A stretch of DNA of 32,039 nucleotides from Deltaproteobacteria bacterium (GTDB lineage: Bacteria > Myxococcota > JACRCW01): assembly GCA_016218805.1 (NCBI GenBank), contig JACRCW010000065.1, positions 62,001 to 94,039 on the forward strand. The letters are read 5' to 3'. Each line of letters starts with the position of its first letter. Within the stretch, counting starts at the first letter, position 1. The notes under the pieces are model-generated. The model made no database searches, was not told where the DNA came from, and saw only the letters and a program-made list of their open reading frames with translations. This document shows positions 28,320 through 32,039 of the stretch, one piece after another. A program made the position numbers and the translations under genes.

Positions 28320-28778
28320 TCAGCCGCCGTGCCGCTGCTTCTGGTAGCAGTCCCGGCAGTAGACGGGCCGGTTGGGCGCCGGCTCAAACGGCACGCTGGT
28401 CTGCATGCCGCACGAGCTGCAGGTCACCTCCACCCGCACCCGGTCACCGCCGCCGCCGCCGCCGCCGCGCCCGCCGCCACCACCGCCGCCACCGCCACCG
28501 TCACGCGGGCGGAAGACGCGGGCCGGCTTCTCAGCGACCTCCACGGACTGGTTGCGGTACCGCCCGCCACCTCCGCCGCCACCACCGCCTCCTCCTCCTC
28601 CACCCATGCCGCCCATGTCGCCGCCGGCCTTCTTCTTTTCCCGGCAGGTCTTGCAGCGCTTGGGCGGCGCCAGGAACCCCTTCTGGGCAAAGAACGCCTG
28701 CTCGCCGGCGCTGAACACAAACTCAACGCCGCAATCCCGGCACTGAACAACTTGATCCTCGTACTGGCCTTCGTCCAT
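28320..28778 (-). CDS. Zinc-ribbon plus CxxC-x17-CxxC protein with Gly-rich linkers
   Basis: CRDCGVEFVFSAGEQAFFAQKGF..PKRCKTCR and CSSCG..VPFEP...RPVYCRDCY; GAGGAG RBS. Confidence 0.92.
   Translation of the reverse strand: MDEGQYEDQVVQCRDCGVEFVFSAGEQAFFAQKGFLAPPKRCKTCREKKKAGGDMGGMGGGGGGGGGGGGGGRYRNQSVEVAEKPARVFRPRDGGGGGGGGGGRGGGGGGGDRVRVEVTCSSCGMQTSVPFEPAPNRPVYCRDCYQKQRHGG
28447..28602. repeat. CCG/CCA/CCT trinucleotide runs encoding poly-Gly
   Basis: Imperfect (CCN)n runs inside the zinc-ribbon CDS. Confidence 0.8.
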
Positions 28779-29062
28779 GGGGCTCCTCGATGGATGCGGG
28801 CCGGGGGCTATCCCCCCGTCCCCTGCTGGATGCCGTCCGCGGGGACGTCACCCCCGTGGGCGGATGACCCGCCCAAGCGGGCCTGCAGGCCTGCCGGACG
28901 GGTCTTGGTGGTGGTGGAGTGGAAACGTGCCACGACAGTTCTTGCGGTTCTTCCTGCGCTTGGGTGATGCAGTCCCCTCGACGAACGGCCCTGGCACAAC
29001 GTGATGGAACGAGGCTAGCGAACGCAAAACGGGGTGTCAAAGCGGGCCGCGCGCCGCGCGCG

Positions 29063-30523
29063 TCATGGCTCCAGGAGGATCACCACGACGTACAGTCCGT
29101 CCACACCCTGCCCGGGAACGGTGGCCACCGCGGCGCGCGCGTAGCGGCCGTCCAGCACCGCGCCGGCGGCCCCCACTTCGTCCGCGCGGGAAACCCGGTA
29201 CATCTGCAGGCCGGCGCGCCGGGCCGACGAGTGCGCCAGCGCCACGTCCGCCACGCGCCGCCCGTCGGGGAGGGTGTCCACCAGTTCGCGGGTCCCCGCC
29301 ACGTGGCGCGCGTGCTCGGAGGCCAGCGCCGCCAGCGTCTCATCGCCCGCCAGCGGAGGGAGCGCGCGGCGGCGGCGCTCGTCATTGAGCCGGGCCAGGA
29401 CGACGTCACGGGCCTGCCCGGGCGCTGGAATCTCCACCGGACGGCCCAGGGTGACCACCAGCAGCCAGTCGTCCAGGGCCTCCTGGCGCTCCAGGGCCAG
29501 GCCCACGCCGGTGAACGCGGGGTCCGCCAGCTGCTGGCGGTGCGCGGGGGAGTCCAGCAGGCCGCGCAGCGCGTCCGCGGGGGTGGGGCCGGCCGCCAGC
29601 ACCTCGCCCAGGCGGGCCACGGCGGGAGCGGCGGGCTGGGCGGCGTAGGCCTGCACCACGCCCATCCCGCGCGCGTCCAGGTGCTGCAGCGCCCCGCCGG
29701 CGCGCAGTGCCTCCAGACGCGTGCGGGCCGCGCCGGCCAGCGCGGGGTCCACCCGCAGGGACGGGAGCCCCTCCCGCGCGCGCCACAGCCGCAGCGCCTC
29801 GGCCAGGCCGTCCGCGCCGTCGCCCGGGGGAGCGGGCGGCCGCGCGGGCTCGGTGGCCGCGCTGCCCGCCCACACGTCATGGACCGCGGCCACCTCGGGG
29901 CCGCGGCCGTCATCCACGGTGAGTTGCAGGCGGTAGCGGCCCTCGCCGGCATGGAGGTGGGCGGTGGCGCGGTGCGTGCCGGTGCCCTCGTCACGGTCCG
30001 GCAGGACGGTGACGCGCCCGCGGGGATCCATGCACAGCCAGCTGACGGTGGCGGACGGGCGGCGCGTGACCGCGCGCAGCTCCAGCGCATCAAACGCCGC
30101 GGCGCGCTCCGGCGGCGGAAGGAACTCCGCCAGCCGCCGCACCACGACCGCGGCCGCACAGTGCTGGCCCTTGAACGCCACGGTGGCGCGCCCCACCGCG
30201 TCCACGGTGGGGCCGCGCGTGCGCTGCGCCACGCACGTGTCCAGCGCGCGCGCCGCGTCCGGGGCCGCGCCTTGGCGTGACGCGCACGCGGACACCTGGG
30301 CGTCCGCAATCCCGTGCTGCCGGAGCACCACGCGGACCAGCTCGGCGGCGGTCCCGTCTGACGCGCAGCGACGGACCGCCAGCGCGTGGGCCGCCTCCCG
30401 CGCGGCCCGCTCCAGCGGCGCCTCCGCGGCGCGTGCCGGGGAGGCGGCCGTCAGGGCCCACAGGGTGAAAATGGCGGAGCCGCACGGGAATCGAACCCGC
30501 CCGGGAGCATGTGCAGCCCCCAC
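29063..30523 (-). CDS. Exported CAP (SCP/Tpx-1)-domain protein with tandem CAP domains; start uncertain
   Basis: RAREGLPSLRVDPAL...LGEVLA...LLDSPAHRQQL..PAFTGVGL; second repeat LNDERRRRALPPL. In-frame starts at 30523 and 30550 (GTG, inside selC) or ATG 30625. Confidence 0.75.
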   Translation of the reverse strand: MGAAHAPGRVRFPCGSAIFTLWALTAASPARAAEAPLERAAREAAHALAVRRCASDGTAAELVRVVLRQHGIADAQVSACASRQGAAPDAARALDTCVAQRTRGPTVDAVGRATVAFKGQHCAAAVVVRRLAEFLPPPERAAAFDALELRAVTRRPSATVSWLCMDPRGRVTVLPDRDEGTGTHRATAHLHAGEGRYRLQLTVDDGRGPEVAAVHDVWAGSAATEPARPPAPPGDGADGLAEALRLWRAREGLPSLRVDPALAGAARTRLEALRAGGALQHLDARGMGVVQAYAAQPAAPAVARLGEVLAAGPTPADALRGLLDSPAHRQQLADPAFTGVGLALERQEALDDWLLVVTLGRPVEIPAPGQARDVVLARLNDERRRRALPPLAGDETLAALASEHARHVAGTRELVDTLPDGRRVADVALAHSSARRAGLQMYRVSRADEVGAAGAVLDGRYARAAVATVPGQGVDGLYVVVILLEP

Positions 30524-30569
30524 AACGGTTTTGAAGACCGTGCCGGTCACCAGATCCGGCTGCGACTCC
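30472..30569 (-). tRNA. selC: tRNA-Sec (UCA)
   Basis: 98 nt: 8-bp acceptor stem GGAGTCGC/GCGGCTCC, G73 plus encoded CCA, anticodon arm ACGGT-CTTCAAA-ACCGT, long variable arm, T arm GCGGG-TTCGATT-CCCGT. Confidence 0.95.
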
Positions 30570-30633
30570 GTTCCGTGGAATGGCACGGGGGGGCGGGGCG
30601 GTTCAATGGAGCCGCGGTGCTCCATCGGCGCGA

Positions 30634-31773
30634 TCAGGGTGCGGGGGCGGCCGGCGCGGGTGCCGGGGCAGGCGGGGCGGGCGCGGGCGCGGTCTTGGCG
30701 GGCGCCTCCTGCGCGGGTTCCTCGCGCATGAAGTCCTTGACGCTGACCACCACCATCAGCCCGATCATGAACATCATGCCCACGCCGTGGATGTAGATCT
30801 GCGCCCGCCCGGGAATGGCGCGGCGGGCCAGCGTCTCAGCGCCCAGGAAGATGAGCTTGCTGCCGTCCAGCGGCGGGATGGGGAAGAGGTTGAACAGGCC
30901 CAGCATGAGCGACAGCACGGCAAACAGCATGAGGAAGTCCTTCACGCTGCGGTTGGCTGCGGTCTTGAGCTGCTTGACCATCTCCGGTGGGCCGCGCAGC
31001 TGGTCCAGCGCGCTCTCGCCGGGCGCCACCACGCGGCGCAGCAGGTCACCCACGTCAGACAGGATGCGCAGCGTGCCGCCCACGACGGCAAATGAGGACA
31101 GGGTCACCGCCTCAGGCAGGGTGTAGGCCTGCCCGGGCCCGATGGGGCGCGGTTCGAAGCCGATGCCCAGGCGCGCGCTTCCGTCCGCGCCCCGCGGGAT
31201 GGGCTTGAGTTCCAGGGTCTCGGTGCCGCGGCGGATCTGGATGGGCAGCGGGCGGCCGGCGCTCTCGCCCACGCGCTGGGGAATGCTGGTCTCGCGGGAG
31301 ATCTTTTCCCCGCCCAGCGTGACAATGACGTCCCCCTTGCGCAGGCCCGCCTCTTCAGCGGCGGAGGCGGCCACCACCTCCGTGATGACGATCTCCACGT
31401 CCTGCTTCATGTTCCCGAGCCAGTACACGCCCACCAGCACGGCGAACGCGAGCGCGTAGTTGAACGCCGGCCCCGCGGCGATGACCAGCGCGCGCGCCCA
31501 GCGCGGGCGGCGCTGGAAGCTGCGGGGGTCTTCGTCCGCGCCCTCCTCCAGCGGGTTCATGCCCACAATGTCCACAAACCCGCCAAGCGGCAGCACGCCC
31601 ACCGTGTAGTCCACGCCGTTGCGGTGCCAGCGCAGGATGGCCTTGCCGAACCCGATGGAGAACCGGCGTACGCGCATGCCGCACCACAGCGCCACCAGGT
31701 GGTGCCCCAACTCGTGGAACGCCACAAGCAGACCGATCCCGAGGATCGCCAGCATCAGGTTGGTCACGTCCAT
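30634..31773 (-). CDS. rseP: RseP-like site-2 (M50) intramembrane metalloprotease with PDZ domain
   Basis: HELGH, FSIGFG, LPLGGFV, AGPAFN, PDZ (SAAEEAGLRKGDVI), NLFPIPPLDG; GGAGG RBS. Confidence 0.93.
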   Translation of the reverse strand: MDVTNLMLAILGIGLLVAFHELGHHLVALWCGMRVRRFSIGFGKAILRWHRNGVDYTVGVLPLGGFVDIVGMNPLEEGADEDPRSFQRRPRWARALVIAAGPAFNYALAFAVLVGVYWLGNMKQDVEIVITEVVAASAAEEAGLRKGDVIVTLGGEKISRETSIPQRVGESAGRPLPIQIRRGTETLELKPIPRGADGSARLGIGFEPRPIGPGQAYTLPEAVTLSSFAVVGGTLRILSDVGDLLRRVVAPGESALDQLRGPPEMVKQLKTAANRSVKDFLMLFAVLSLMLGLFNLFPIPPLDGSKLIFLGAETLARRAIPGRAQIYIHGVGMMFMIGLMVVVSVKDFMREEPAQEAPAKTAPAPAPPAPAPAPAAPAP

Positions 31774-31952
31774 CTGGGGTACCCGCCTCCGAGGTCCGTC
31801 ATGGTCCGCGCGGCGGTCCGCCGGCGGGGGTTGCTGCTTGTCACCCCCGGTGGGGCGCCACGGCAAGTTTCCAGCATAGCCACCCGGCGCCGGCTCGGCC
31901 ACGGGCGTTCCGGGAACTTGCCCATGGGACGCCGCCAGCGCAGATTGGTTCC

Positions 31953-32039
31953 ATGGTGCGCGCGCTGGTGGTCCTGGTGATGGCGTCTCTGGCCCCCGCC
32001 TGCGGGGAGGACGCGCCGTGGGTCCAGGACGCGCGGCCG
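31953..32039 (+). CDS. Putative lipoprotein, 5' end only
   Basis: MVRALVVLVMASLAPA-CGEDAPWVQDARP, open to the window edge. Confidence 0.5.
   Translation, partial: MVRALVVLVMASLAPACGEDAPWVQDARP

Noticed and set aside
28447..28602. Poly-Gly trinucleotide runs as a phase-variation switch
   Set aside because: The runs are triplets with mixed codons, so slippage would change linker length and not the frame.
28918..28932. sigma54 promoter for the zinc-ribbon gene (TGGCACG on the minus strand)
   Set aside because: The -12 TTGC is missing; the sequence there reads CACT.
30472..30569. Archaeal/eukaryal 9/4 fold for the tRNA-Sec
   Set aside because: A ninth A-U pair can be drawn, but the sequence fits the standard bacterial 8/5 fold with the usual G.U first T-stem pair.

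Overview
Very GC-rich bacterial chromosome segment; the gene content suggests Myxococcota/Deltaproteobacteria (inference). From left to right: a partial Rsb-type partner-switching set (RsbX-like phosphatase 5' end, two divergent RsbT-like kinases); a secreted dirigent/AOC-like protein divergent from a class I terpene synthase operon, with twin 26-bp palindromes between them; small membrane protein and lipoprotein genes; guaB and guaA split by a ~6.4-kb block (DUF4149-like protein, decaheme cytochrome c, Cys-less redoxin-TPR, membrane Ser/Thr kinase ending in a homologous TPR, second decaheme cytochrome c); an LPP20-like/FlgT-N-like/FecR envelope cluster; AraC, NUDIX, GNAT, MogA/MoaB and isochorismatase-like genes; BtpA-like, DTW, GIDE, IspD-like and zinc-ribbon genes; a CAP-domain gene whose reading frame runs through tRNA-Sec (selC); and rseP. 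The strongest candidate for an undescribed system is the cytochrome/TPR/kinase module. The selC-CDS overlap is the second. All family calls come from motif recognition by eye, not database searches.
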